Positions 1-12,756 of a DNA stretch of 64,000 nucleotides are shown here, piece after piece. Where the stretch lies: assembly GCF_006345805.1 (NCBI RefSeq), contig NC_043011.1, positions 186,001-250,000 on the forward strand, in the 5' to 3' direction. Each line of letters begins with the position of its first letter. Position 1 is the first letter of the stretch. Origin of the DNA: Octopus sinensis. Taxonomy: Eukaryota. The notes below the pieces were generated by a model. That model saw only the letters and a program-made list of their open reading frames with translations, was not told the origin of the DNA and made no database searches. The position numbers and the translations under genes were made by a program.

Positions 1-2
1 TT

Positions 3-650
3 ATTTTCTATTATGTGTGTAGCTTCTGTAATTTGTCTGATTGTTGCATCTGTTCTATGCGTGGACAAGATTTTAACTTCTATGTTGTTGAGTGAACCCC
101 CATGTTCCTGCTCGGCATGTTGGTATAGAACCAATGAGCTCTTTTCTTCCTTAAGTTCTCTCCAATGTCCATTTACCCGCTCTCCTATGCTTCGTGCTGT
201 TTCCCCTACGTATGTCGTTGTTTTGCTACTGCATCGTCTCTCTATACATCTTATACTATAGACTACATTTCTGGCTTTACAGTTTGTTTGTGGCCTAAAT
301 CTACGCACAGTACAGTGCCGATCCGTACAGGGGGTTCTACTAAAAGGGTAGGTTCTACCGATTATGGATTTGGTAGGGTTGCCTGGCTTTTCAACGACCT
401 TAATCCTTAGCTTAAGTTTGTCTAGGGTCCTTCTAAAGCGGTACACCAGTTCACCTCCAGGGGTGGTGACGACGAACATGACACTCTGGTATTTATGGCT
501 ATCATACCAAGAGTTGGCCTTCCCTATTTTCTTTTTTGTCCTTTCTATAGTGTTCCATGACTTGAGTGGGCAAATTCCATTCCTATCATTACATAAGATA
601 GTATAAAATTTCTTCATGGCTCCTTTGTATACTCTGATCCTTTCTTTATC
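3..650 (-). mobile_element. Penelope-like retroelement, 5'-truncated: RT thumb/linker, Cys-rich linker and GIY-YIG endonuclease; frame open off the left edge
   Basis: Manual translation gives 216 stop-free codons: DKERIRVYKGAMKKF...SWYDSHKYQSVMFVVTTPGGEL...IKVVEKPG...PCTDRHC...NCKARNVVYSIRC...TYVGETARSIGERVNGH...RQITEATHI. VVY/YVGET/ER..GH/E are GIY-YIG motifs. Confidence 0.9.
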
Positions 651-670
651 AACCCTAACCCTAACCCTAA
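651..670 (-). repeat. Interstitial telomeric repeat (TTAGGG)3TT at the PLE 5' junction
   Basis: Plus strand reads aaccctaaccctaaccctaa immediately adjacent to the PLE frame. Confidence 0.9.
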
Positions 671-1506
671 TGCCTCCATGTCTGCTCACCTAGTTTCCTC
701 ATATAACCACTCTTTACCCCGTGGACTTGGTCCTCGGTAATAATTTCTGAGTGTAAGTTCAAATCGTTTGAGCGCTGCTAAGTGTACGTTGCAGACCGAG
801 CATTTCTGGATCTCATATCTTGACTCTGTATATATACATACATACACACACATATACATATATATACACACGTAAAACATACATATATATGTAAATGTGT
901 ATTTATAAATATGTGTGTGTGTGTGTGTGTGTAGAACAACCATCTTTATATTTAAATTGTCTCCCCTAGTAAGTGTCATGTGGTGTTAAGTAGGCAGTTC
1001 TTCTCAATTGTAACTCAAAATTAATTGTTATTTGCTGAAGTTATTAGTAAAAACCATCGACATTTACACCTGCAAGGTAAATTATCATTGAATTTACAGG
1101 CAAGTGTGATGTTTCGACCTCTTTCGTTAATTAAATATGAATAACAAAGAGAAAATCACTTTTTCAATTAAACACTTTTTATTGTGGATTCCTTTCTGTT
1201 CTTATTCTCAAAAAGTTTTGTTTTATGGTTATGTATATATATTTTTTTTTATATATATACGTAAATGTCGAATGATGACAATGAGTGCTCAACACCGCAT
1301 TGGTGGATAGAGTTTATGTGTTAAAAATATCTTGATATCCAAACAATTATTCAAGCCAATCACATGGGGGAATGGTATTAGTCCCCACCTTTGTTTTTAT
1401 CCGAAATGAAGACGAACACTATCCGACATGTGATCATCTTGAATAATTAAGATATTTTTCATAATATGAAACCCATGGTAGCCTTAATACACAAATAAAT
1501 AAATAT

Positions 1507-1538
<32 letters not shown>

Positions 1539-1549
1539 TATATATATAT

Positions 1550-1624
<75 letters not shown>

Positions 1625-1669
1625 CGCTTTAACTCTTTAATTAGTTTCAACTTTAAAGATGCTGCGGTT

Positions 1670-2390
1670 ATCGTGGGGTACTCCTTTGGCTTTGTTACAC
1701 GTTCATTATTTGAAACCTCCTCAAATATCTGACGTTTGTTGAATGGGAGATGTTGCCGCCCTCATCTGTGTTTCCTGCCGTGAGGTAGGCTCATCAAGAA
1801 TCCTTGATAGGAGGAGGTTCAGTTTTGTTTTTAAGACACCAATATCCACACCATGCAGGTCTCTCGGGCATTTTTGAAGGATATTGAAGAGCTGTGAAGC
1901 CCAAGTTGTTGCAGTCTCTGGTCTTGTATTTTGATGGTAATTTTGGGATCTTAGGCACTATGCAGCGGCTCCCCGTTCTGCTGTTTGTATAACTTTCAAT
2001 GCTAAAGTTTGCTACAAGTCCTTCCAGAATCTTCCAGATGTATATTATTGCATATCTTTCCCGCCTTTGTTCTAGGAAGTAGTCTTAACTTTTTCAATCC
2101 TTCCCAGTAGCTGATACGTTGCATCGAGACGAATTTCGTTGTGAAGCTTCGCTGGATTGCCTCAAGTTCTGCCGTTAATTTTATACTGTGTGGTGGCCAT
2201 ACTTGGGAGCAACACTCTAAATAGCTGAGAGCATGTGTCCTCCAAAGGACCATCATAGCTTCCTGTCCTCTGGTTCTGAAAATTCGGAGGATCCATCCAG
2301 CAAGACGTCTGCATTTTATTGCCAAATTAGTAATATGCACCTGGAAAGATGCATCATTACACATATCGATGCCTATTTTCGCCTACAAAA
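1670..2390 (-). mobile_element. CR1/L2-like LINE, decayed 3' end of ORF2
   Basis: ORF 2002-2364: GWILRIFRTR...LWRTHALSYLECCSQVWPPH...ELEAIQRSFT...SYWEGLKKLRL is typical post-RT CR1-group sequence and continues with frameshifts (WKILEGLV-like). Confidence 0.8.
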
Positions 2391-2564
2391 TCAACTGAGG
2401 AACAAAACAATGGATTTGTAAAGAAAGATTGAAAGGATTGAATAAACCCTCCGTATATCACTGGTACTATTGATACCCAATGGAGAGAATGATGAATTAA
2501 CATTTGACAGATTTCATTTGATCAAGTCTTAACAACTTCGTGATGGCCGAAAACAAAGTGAGAG

Positions 2565-2880
2565 CAGAGAGGAAAGTGCTTCCTTCCAGGTGAGTGAACG
2601 TAGCGCGAATGGCCCGAGTGAACGGGCCTGCTTTAAGCATGCGACTCAAGATTGAGGTTAGGTGAAGAGGAGAGGGTACTTGTCCTAAAGGTTAGGACGA
2701 TTGTGGTTTTTGAGGGGTTTCTACGAGTAGTTTTTGGAAGGTTCCCTCTTTTGGGAATTTTAATCCTTATAATTTTGGTTGTTATTCTTTATTTACATAC
2801 TTCAGTACCACTCGGTATTGTAATGTCCTGGGCCGTCCCCAATTTTTATATACGAGCCTTCAGTGGTTAATAAAGGAAAC
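2565..2880 (+). mobile_element. L1/Tx1-like LINE 3' terminus
   Basis: Similar to the ORF2 end and 3' UTR at 21820-22105; ends AATAAAGGAAAC followed by (ATT)n. Confidence 0.6.
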
Positions 2881-2982
2881 ATCATTATTATTATCATTAT
2901 TATTAATATTGTTGTTGCTGTTGTTGTTGTTATTGATGATGATGATAATGATGATGATGATGATAAGTTTGTTCGTCTTTAC

Positions 2983-3085
2983 TTTCTGAGTTCTAATTCC
3001 AACGAGGTCAGCTTTATCTTTCATCATTTCGGGGTTGGTGTAATAAGTACCAGTCAAGTACTGGTGTCGATGTAACCGAACTGCC
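2983..3085 (+). mobile_element. tRNA-derived SINE (family 2) remnant
   Basis: Degenerate match to ttctgagttcaaattccgccgaggtcgactttgcctttcatcc of the better copies (37945-38330). Confidence 0.6.
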
Positions 3086-3328
3086 CAATTCTTTCAAAAT
3101 TGGTTTGTCAAAATTAGAAAGAATTATTTTCATTACGAAAGACAGAAATAAAACTGAAAATGGAAAATGGTAAAGAGGCAACAGAAAATATAAATCAACA
3201 AAAAGTGAATTTAAAACATTCTGGAGAAATGGAGTAAACATGAAATAATAGGAGAGATAGAGAGAGAAACCGATAAGTGCAGGCATCATCATCATCATCA
3301 TCATAATCATTATTATTATTATTATCAT

Positions 3329-3852
3329 TGAGTGAGTGCGCAACGCATGCTGGAGTACAAATATACGAAGGCCAATATACCCACCATGACCACCCGTCTG
3401 ATAAATGTACACCAGACACATGCATCACAACTATATATGTGTGCGCAACATGGTGATCTCATATCAAGGCAAAACAGTACATGACCTTGCAGGTGGGGGC
3501 CTAGTTAGAATTTTCTTCAGGTTGAGTAGCCCGTCCCTCTCAAAAAGTCCCTGAATAAGGTCTGTTTAAGGTTGATGAACAAAACACCCATGTTTCCAAA
3601 GATTTGTTATTCATACTCCAAAGAATTCCTCTCAGCACACGGTTATGATGCTCCCCCACTACTTCTGCTCGTGATCGGAGATGCACATATCGTCAGCCAC
3701 TAAGGGACATGCTCAGCTGGTTAAGGTCAAACAACTGACAAGCAAATCTGTGGTATTGAGCAGAATATTCGCTGTAGGCCATCTTTTATACCAAGACAAA
3801 GCAATGTACATGATGACATTTCCAATCAGTTAAGATCAAGAGCCATGAGAGA
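3329..3852 (-). mobile_element. ~550-bp non-coding (TAA)n-embedded retroposon, copy 1
   Basis: Reverse complement of 15698-16249; both flanks are (ATT)n. Confidence 0.8.
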
Positions 3853-3861
3853 TTATAATTA

Positions 3862-3897
<36 letters not shown>

Positions 3898-4995
3898 TAT
3901 TATTATTATTATATTATTATTATTATTATTATTATTGCTGTTGTTGTTATCATTCATAACAAAGCGCGAATTAGAGGAACATTGCAAAACCACGCTCTCG
4001 GTGAAATAATAATAATGTAGACACATTCCTTCTATAGTATTTATATGTGGGGAGAAGGCGAGTCTCCTGACTGAACGTTTCGTGGTTTCATGGCTCCTCA
4101 GCAAGCCAGGTAAATATTTTGTGATGAGTGGTCAACAAAGCGTGGAATGGTCCATTAATAGACCGTTTCCCACTTTTTTTTTCGCACATCAATAGCATAG
4201 AAAAAGAGAGAGAGGGAGAAGGAGGAATGGGAAAGAGAGATGAAGAATAATAATAAGATAGAAATAAGATTAAATGAGATGAAATAGAAAGGGAGAAATA
4301 AACCATAAAAACATTGGAGTTTGTAAAGAGAGAAACCGAAAACGGGGAAGACGTAACAAGCACTGAAAAGAAGACGGGTGGGGGGTGTTGAAGTGATGAA
4401 ACACGAAAAGAAACATAAAGAGAAAACAGAAAACTATCCTGGGAATGGAATCAGGAAAGAAAGAAGACAAAGAAGAAATCAAGAATAATTTAGGAAAAAG
4501 AAAAACACTGGAGAGGAAAACAGAAACACAGACCATGGGTAAGTGTGGGGGGAGGGGTAATAGAAGAAAAGCTCAACAAACGAAAGGAAATGAAGAAAAA
4601 TCAGAAGAAAAATGAAAGAGAGACAAAAGATATAAAGAATGGAATGATGAAAAAAGGAGAAAAAGAATGAAAAGAAAAATGGAAGAAAGAAAGAAGGTGG
4701 GAAGAAGGAAAAAAAGGATGGGAAAAGGGAAAAGTAGAAAGAAGAAGAATATGGCGGGAAGTTAGTAAAGAAGAATGTAAGAAATGAAGAGAAGTGGGAG
4801 GGAAGTGGGAGGGGAGTGGGAGGGAGGTGGTGAGTCTTGCGCGGGGAATGTTGTTGAGGCTAATAAATAAGGAAAATTACCAAAGTTTCACATTGGAAAT
4901 GTTGTTCTCTTTTTATCACTTTTCAACTAATTATTTTCAATTACTTTTAAATCATACATCAACCATATTGGACACATAGCTGGCTGTGTGTGTGT

Positions 4996-5034
<39 letters not shown>

Positions 5035-5095
5035 TATGTGTTTGTGTGTGGGTGTGTGAGTGTATGTGCGTGTACGTATGTGTAATATATGTATG

Positions 5096-5128
<33 letters not shown>

Positions 5129-5197
5129 GTGGTGCCCCAGCATGACCGCAGTCTAATGACTGAAACAAGTAAAAGGTAAAAGGTAAAAGGTAAAGGT

Positions 5198-5234
<37 letters not shown>

Positions 5235-5584
5235 TATGCACACACACACGCATACATGGATATATTTATACGTGATTATCTATATGTCTATCTATTTATA
5301 TTCACGCATATATATACGTACATACTTACACACCTGTATATATATATATATATGTATACATAAACACATATATATACATACGTATATATATACACATATA
5401 TATACATACATATATAAATACACACACACATATATATATATATATACACACATATACATATACATACAAATACTCAACACACACAAATGTGTGTGTGTGT
5501 GTGTGAGTGTACATGTTTGAAGACGTGTATTTAAAAAAAAACATCTAAAACTGAAGCTTCTCCCCACATGTCCGAATTTACCTC

Positions 5585-5730
5585 GGCACGAGTGTGGCGG
5601 TGTGGTAAGAAGTTTGCTTTCCTGCCACATGACCTCAGGATCAATACCATTGCATGGAATCTTGTGCAAGTGTCTTCTACTATGCCCTCGGGCTGACCAA
5701 AACCTTGTATGTGGTTTAGTTCATGGAAAC
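5585..5730 (+). mobile_element. tRNA-derived SINE (family 1) head
   Basis: Matches gtggctgtgtggtaag...gggcaagtgtcttctactatag...ggccgaccaaagcc seen at 63665-63820 and 25620-25760. Confidence 0.7.
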
Positions 5731-6349
5731 TTTGTATGTGTGTGTGTGTGCGCATGCGTGCATGGGAAGTAAGCTGATCTTATTCGTGCATTTGTATCAG
5801 TAATTAAATTCCTTTTTCCTTTTCGCCGGTGTTCGGTGTTCTCATTCTTGATATTCGTGAATTTTTTTTTGTCTTAAAAAGTAAATTTCTCATTTCTGTT
5901 CCATTCAAAATTACAAACACATTCTGTTGCTCTCACAGATTTTTATGCTGTCCTTATCTTTTAAGTCCTGTTGAGCTTTTTGAAAGTTTAATATTTGTTT
6001 GCCAATTTGCGGCACTTTATTTTTTATCGCATTCCCCACGAAGTAGGTCTTTTACTTGTCATCATGTTTATGATATTTTTGTCTTTCAGGTAATTTAGTA
6101 TTTGGTACAATAGTTTGGACCAATCCTCTTGAGCGATTTTTCTTCTCTATAATTTGCTTAGCTTCTTCATGTTTGTGTTTAATGCGTTTAGAAAGAGTTT
6201 TCTGGGTTTTATCGCTGCTGTTTCTATAGTGTTCCCTATATTCTGTAACTTGTGCAGCTTTCAACAAAGCCACATGCAATTGTCTTTGTGCAAGCAGATT
6301 CGCTGGAAACTGAAAATTACTTACGTCACTAGAACTGGAAGTTGCGACC

Positions 6350-6800
6350 ACGTACGCTGATAAGGAAGTTTTCTTTGGGAGGCGGGAAGTTTTGCCATTC
6401 TGTGAATACAGTCATCGCTCTACCGGTTCATTATCTTCATTAAGATATTTCAGATGATTGCCTTCTGCTAAAGACAACATGCGATGTTTCAAAAACCTTT
6501 GCTTTGCATCAGAAATTTCACAAAACAATATTTAAATGAATAGATCTCGAATTCGAAGGGCAGAACAGGTTTCTCACACAGCCTCCAAGTCTCGACAAAA
6601 TTCATCATCAAAGTGGATAAACCTCATCTGTAAAATTGCTTTCGGGTATATTCGGTATTTGTGTCAGTAAACCGCTGTCGGCTCCTGAAATGAGGACTCC
6701 TCATACTTATGAAATAAAGCCATTAACAATTTAGGTCTTTTAACATTTCGAGGTTTCACAAAGTAGATTCTGAAAGATCATCCACAGCTTTTCTTGTTCG
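6350..6800 (-). mobile_element. Possible highly decayed piggyBac-like transposase remnant
   Basis: Frameshifted TRKQF..MRFIHFDD...RIRDLF resembles the piggyBac MSRNRF..IxRFLHFDD...IR motif; no TIRs or catalytic residues recognised. Confidence 0.35.
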
Positions 6801-7373
6801 GTATTTTGGCAATTTCATTCCAAACATAGGACTCTAGAAAACTCGGTTCCAGATATCAGTAATCAGACTCTCGTACAAGAAAGACATCTCTATCATTCAT
6901 GCTGTCAATATTATTTCACCAATCTTTGTTATAAAGAGTTAACATAGATACACGAAACATTTGCAGATACGAAAGTAAAAAATAAAAAAAGAATATTTTA
7001 GACAATTATTTTGTGTAGTTCTGACAATTTCCACATTTTGAAATTATGGAAGTCAAATAAATTATTGCAGAAAAGACAAGTCTTGCTAGAAGAATAATTC
7101 TGAGATACAATTTAGGTATAACAACCATTTCGGTAATATCGTTGGTTAAATCATAATTATTATTCTTGTCTCAAGTGAGATGTAATAAATATTTAGATTT
7201 CCTACAAAGCTAAGTTCACGGAAGAGTAAGTGACAGGTCGAAGTAGATCTTTTAGGGTGAAGGTCAAACACGAACGTGGCATAAACAAACAATATCACTT
7301 CAGTGTTCTGTGTCTTTCTGTGTATAGGCATATAGTTACATGAATATCCATATTTATATAATTATATACATAC

Positions 7374-7451
<78 letters not shown>

Positions 7452-8013
7452 ATGGATATGTATATATACGTATGTGTGTGTTTGAAAAAACAGACACGGT
7501 GTGCTTATGAATAAACGTGTATAGAAAAATCATATCGGATATGATTAATAAACATATTTAGTATCATTGTGAAAACATAACCTTGAGTAAACCACACAGG
7601 GTTCGACCTCTAGAAGCCAAATTCCCGCCAACTAGTTCCCTCAGACACCTCCTCCTCCGCAGTCACATACACACAGACTGATGTACGTATGTATGTGTAT
7701 TCAGTTCTTCATTCTTCTTTACCTCCTCTTCCTCCTCTTCCACTTCTTCCTCTTCCTCTTCCTCCTCTTCCACTTCCTCCTCTTCCACTTCCTCCTCTTC
7801 CTCTTCCTCCTCTTCCACTTCCTCCTCTTCTTCTTCCTCCTCTTCCACTTCCTCCTTCTTCCTTAGCCGAGTTGACGGGATCAACAGGCGGGATGGTCCT
7901 CATCCCGAGCTTTTTATTGCTCATCCTTGTCTAAAACATTTCAAACTCAACAGGAACGGATCAAAGTGGTATGACATTTGTCTTACTGAAAACTCCACAT
8001 CATTTGTCATCTC

Positions 8014-8051
<38 letters not shown>

Positions 8052-8984
8052 TATAAGTGTGTGTGTGCGCGCGCGCGCCAGTGTGTAAAGGGAGTTAATT
8101 TCGATTTACTGACACAAGCTCAAAATTCTGTTGCAGTAATTTCCAATATTCCCTGAACCAGGCGATGGTATTAAACTGGGGAAGATTCTAATCATAGATC
8201 TACCGATTCAGGACTGACCCAGGGCTAAACAACACCATGTTATTATCTACATTATTTCTATTTATTTCGCATTTTCCACGCTGTTTATTGCAATCGTTTA
8301 CTGTCATTATTCATACAAATGTCAGTTTATATTTTATTGGATGAGCTTCCCACGTAGACAATACATCAGAAAGCTTGCATATAGGTCAGGTGTTCGAATC
8401 CCTTTCAAGCGTATCGTATTAAATATTTTTTTATTTATTCACCTCATTTCACTTTGGTTCAATTTCGTCAATCGTCAAAAGAAACGAGTAACGTGTCAAT
8501 TAGGAATATATTACCTGTAAACTATCAAGAAGATTGATGCTTATCATATTAGTCAGTTCTCGCCAGGAAACAACAGGAAAGCAGAACCAATCCCTTGTAT
8601 TTTTATGAGCAAACAAATGGAGAGCCTTTGTGGTTGATAAATCTGTTAAAAATAGCAACGAAATATCTTTCATATCACATGCAACCGTCTCAAAAAAAAA
8701 AATGGATACATTATACATCGTAGTCTTATTGGATGATCATAACTGAAGGTCATTAATGGAAGGTGTGTGAATCCCTAGATACGTGGACCATAAATAACCA
8801 GCAGCCAGTACTATTATTCCAGGTTGTCTTTCAAGATTCTCACAGCGAAATGAATTTCTTCGACAATGGAGGTTTTATCTTTTGGCTTTGCAAACATCAA
8901 CACTATTATTGTGGTTCCTTTTGGGAGAATTGACATGAAAACCTATTCTTGTAACTAATCACACGTACATGTGTGTGTGTGTGC

Positions 8985-9060
<76 letters not shown>

Positions 9061-9904
9061 GTGTGCATGAAGGTAGGAACTGAAATATTAAAATATAGAG
9101 TTGACAGTTTTGTATCGATGCCATCACCAATTTGGCATAAATCTCTAACCGGCCGCCATAGCCTTCAGCGAAAAGTCTTGACCTCTGACCCACGGAATTA
9201 GCCTCTAACCTTCACCCATTTCTGTTACAAACAACTAAAATGACCTCTGCTACTCCAAGCGTGTCAATCTTTTGTCAACTCCACCCAAATATTCCTAAGT
9301 TCCTCGTCCACCACTCATGATTATTCTCAATTTCTACATTAAACATAGAACCCCAAACATTCCCCTCCAGGATATTGGCCTTCTGAAATTCTCAGCTATG
9401 TCCATATTCCTTTTCTTTTTTTCTACAAGGTCTTTTGGAAAATATACAAGACCAGCAGCTTCCACTTCAATTTCACCGTAAATGGAGGAGTTGCTATGGA
9501 TACCGGTAACGATATTCCTTCAAGGATGAATATTTTAAAAAAATGGTTTCAAAGTTAAAATGTTTGAACAGGTAAATTAACGCAATATTGTAAAAACGTA
9601 CACACATACGCACTATACTTTGAAAGTACTTTATTTCCTTGCGAGTGTGCGCGTATATGCGCGTGTTTATGTGTGTGTGTCTGGGGAGAGTAATTATCTT
9701 TTTGTGCCTTATAAATAAGTGGAAATTTTACCGGTGAGTGAGTTACATTATAAGGTACAAAAAGAAAATGACTGTTCCCAGACAGAACAGGATATGCTTC
9801 AACACACGAACTCATATAAAGAATCTTACAAACCAAATCCTAAAACGAAATATATATTATATATATATTATATATTATAATATATATAATAGATATATAT
9901 ATAA

Positions 9905-9939
<35 letters not shown>

Positions 9940-10595
9940 TGTATGTATATGTAGTAGTATGTATGTATGTATGTATGTATGCATGCATGTATGTATATAT
10001 GTATATGTATATAAAGACCAGCATGTATAAAGTTAAATATAACACAAATATGCATATATAAGTTTTCCTTAATAGAAAGGAATATTTGAATATAAATCTG
10101 TGTGTGAAATATATTTAAATTTATGCGTACATACATACATACGAATACACACACATACACACATGCACACACATGCACACACATATGTGCTCATAGAGAG
10201 ACACACGTTCACCTACGCTTATATACAAACACACACACACACACACACATAAATATTAGTTTACAAAGACAGACAAAATGCTGAGGTTTATAAATATATC
10301 TCCGAATTACAGTGCATCAGTTTAATTAATTGATAGAGAATTTCCAACAGACGTAATGTCTACCGTAAAAATAATCTATTAAAATTTAAATTACTGAAAT
10401 ACTGAATCTCTACATCAAGAAACTTATGTAATAACAAAGTATAAATAGTAATTAAACGTTATAGACACACATACACACATTCACACACATATACACTTAT
10501 GTATGTATATAGCAGACATAAACATATATTAGTATGTGTATGTATGTATCTACACAAACACACACTATATGTATATATATGTATATACATGTAGG

Positions 10596-10695
10596 NNNNN
10601 NNNNNNNNNNNNNNNNNNNNNNNNNNNNNNNNNNNNNNNNNNNNNNNNNNNNNNNNNNNNNNNNNNNNNNNNNNNNNNNNNNNNNNNNNNNNNNN
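10596..10695. other. Assembly gap (100 N)
   Basis: Run of exactly 100 n between TA/CA microsatellites. Confidence 0.99.
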
Positions 10696-11213
10696 ACACA
10701 CACTCACACACACTCACACACTCACACGACTCACACACACACACACACTTGCATTTACACGGACACAGCACTTCACGTGCACAAGAAAACAGTAACATCA
10801 AAATAACTGACATTTAAAATGTTAGCTTTCTCAGGTGATTTATTTAATCTCGTACACACACACACATACACACACATGCATATTCATACGCACATACATA
10901 CCTACATGCACATTAATACGCACATACATATGCACACACCTCCATAATTCACTATACATATTCAAAGACTCTCATATACCTACATGCAAACATACATACG
11001 TGTCTACATATACACATGCATATATCCTTGCATGCACACATGCATAAATAGATACATGTATGCATATCTATATACTTACATACACAAATATAAACATTAA
11101 TTCATACATACACACATATATACGCATATAAATAGCTATTGCACCTATATGCACGCATTTGTATTCATATATATACATGAATGCTTCCATTCATACAAAT
11201 ACATATAAACACA

Positions 11214-11263
<50 letters not shown>

Positions 11264-11411
11264 ATATATAAGAGATAGTGGTGTCATTGAGACCCAAAGG
11301 TGTCAGGTAATGCTGAATAAGTGCTATAGACATACCATAGTTAAGTTCCAGATTCGGTAATCTTGCGAATAAAGGGTCCAACGTTGGTTCTATGCCAGCG
11401 TGTGTATATAA

Positions 11412-11560
11412 GAATTTTTTTGCGTAATAAGATAAAAAAAACCAAAGCTATATAGATATTAGTGCATTTATAGATAAAAGGTCTTACAGCTTAACACCTA
11501 TCTATAAATGCTCTAATATCTATACAGCCTTGGTTTTTTATCTTATTACGCAAAAAATTC
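11412..11560. repeat. Inverted repeat (~63-bp arms) built from PLE pseudo-LTR tails
   Basis: Arms 11412-11476 and 11499-11560 are near-perfect reverse complements; the loop contains ggtcttacagct, the reverse complement of the hammerhead 3' end at 27226-27236; arms resemble the sequence downstream of the hammerheads at 27240-27330 and 63340-63410. Confidence 0.75.
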
Positions 11561-12029
11561 ATATATATATGTATAAACACATACATACCAATAAGATATC
11601 ATCCACGAGGGTAGGTATAATGGCCTCTCTTGTCCTGGAGAAGATACGTCACAACCTACGCTATTCAGGATAAGCAAATAGATACTAAATACTTGATTAA
11701 TGAAAGGGACACGGATGCCTCCAAACTTCAAATATTGTGGCAGTAGATATCGATTATACGATATTTTAATGTGGAAGAACCAGAATGGTTGCCCCAAAAG
11801 GTCCGCAAGGAATAACGTTTCTTTGAGTTAAGATATTGTTTACTGAAACGGTTTACAATGCTACCGCTAAAAACAACTGTTCAGATGGTATTATCAAGGG
11901 TACCAGAAGGTCTTGAATTTAGGTGAGGCGGGTGTGTGGGGCTAGTTGTTTTAATCGACCCCATTGCTCAGCTCGTGCTTATTTTTCGATCCCGAAATTA
12001 TGAAGGGGAAAGTCGATCTCAGCGGCATT

Positions 12030-12545
12030 TGAGAGCTTGGTCAGTTAGGATTCTTCAAACATTTCAGATGGGTCCGCCACACAATCTTTTTCCCATAGAT
12101 ATTGAGCAGGGAGAGATCTGTCCCACGAAGGAAGTCGGTGCGTTTGATCTTCATTATATAATCAGCGGACAGCTGGATTCGTCTTACATGTGACAGCGGC
12201 TGCTCAACACAAGGCCGCAAATTACTAATTCACGGACACTGAACGAGGGCTTACATCTCGGGCAGGTTCGAGTGTTCGCACTTCCATGCCCGAAGAACTT
12301 GTCTCGAATGGGCGATGATCCCTCTAAAAAATCTACCATGCTAAAGACTTTTGAAAATTGTCCATGTTCTTCGACCTGAAAGTCATGCGGAAGAGACGAC
12401 TCAAACTGCTCTCGTCGATGCCAAGAGTCAATCTTATGCCATCGCTGCACTTTGAACTCAGCCCCACCCCTATAAAGATCCTGAGTTTTTTTCTGCTAAC
12501 GACTTTGTTCAGCTTGGTAATAATGATGTGAGCACCTGGCAAAAT
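12030..12545 (-). mobile_element. L1/Tx1-like ORF2 C-terminal fragment, decayed
   Basis: LGIDESSLSRLFRMTFRSKNMDNFQKSLAW...PIRDKFFGHGSANTRTCPRC matches the ORF at 59523-60275. Confidence 0.8.
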
Positions 12546-12669
12546 TCGAGATACTAAATGCTCAATCTTTGTCTATGCTTGACCCATGCCTGCAGCTCAG
12601 TCAAAGAAATAATGATAACAACAACAACAACAAATATAATAATAATATAATAATAATAATAATAATAAT

Positions 12670-12700
<31 letters not shown>

Positions 12701-12756
12701 CAACAACAACAACAACAACAACAATAATAATAATAATAATAACAACAACAACAACA

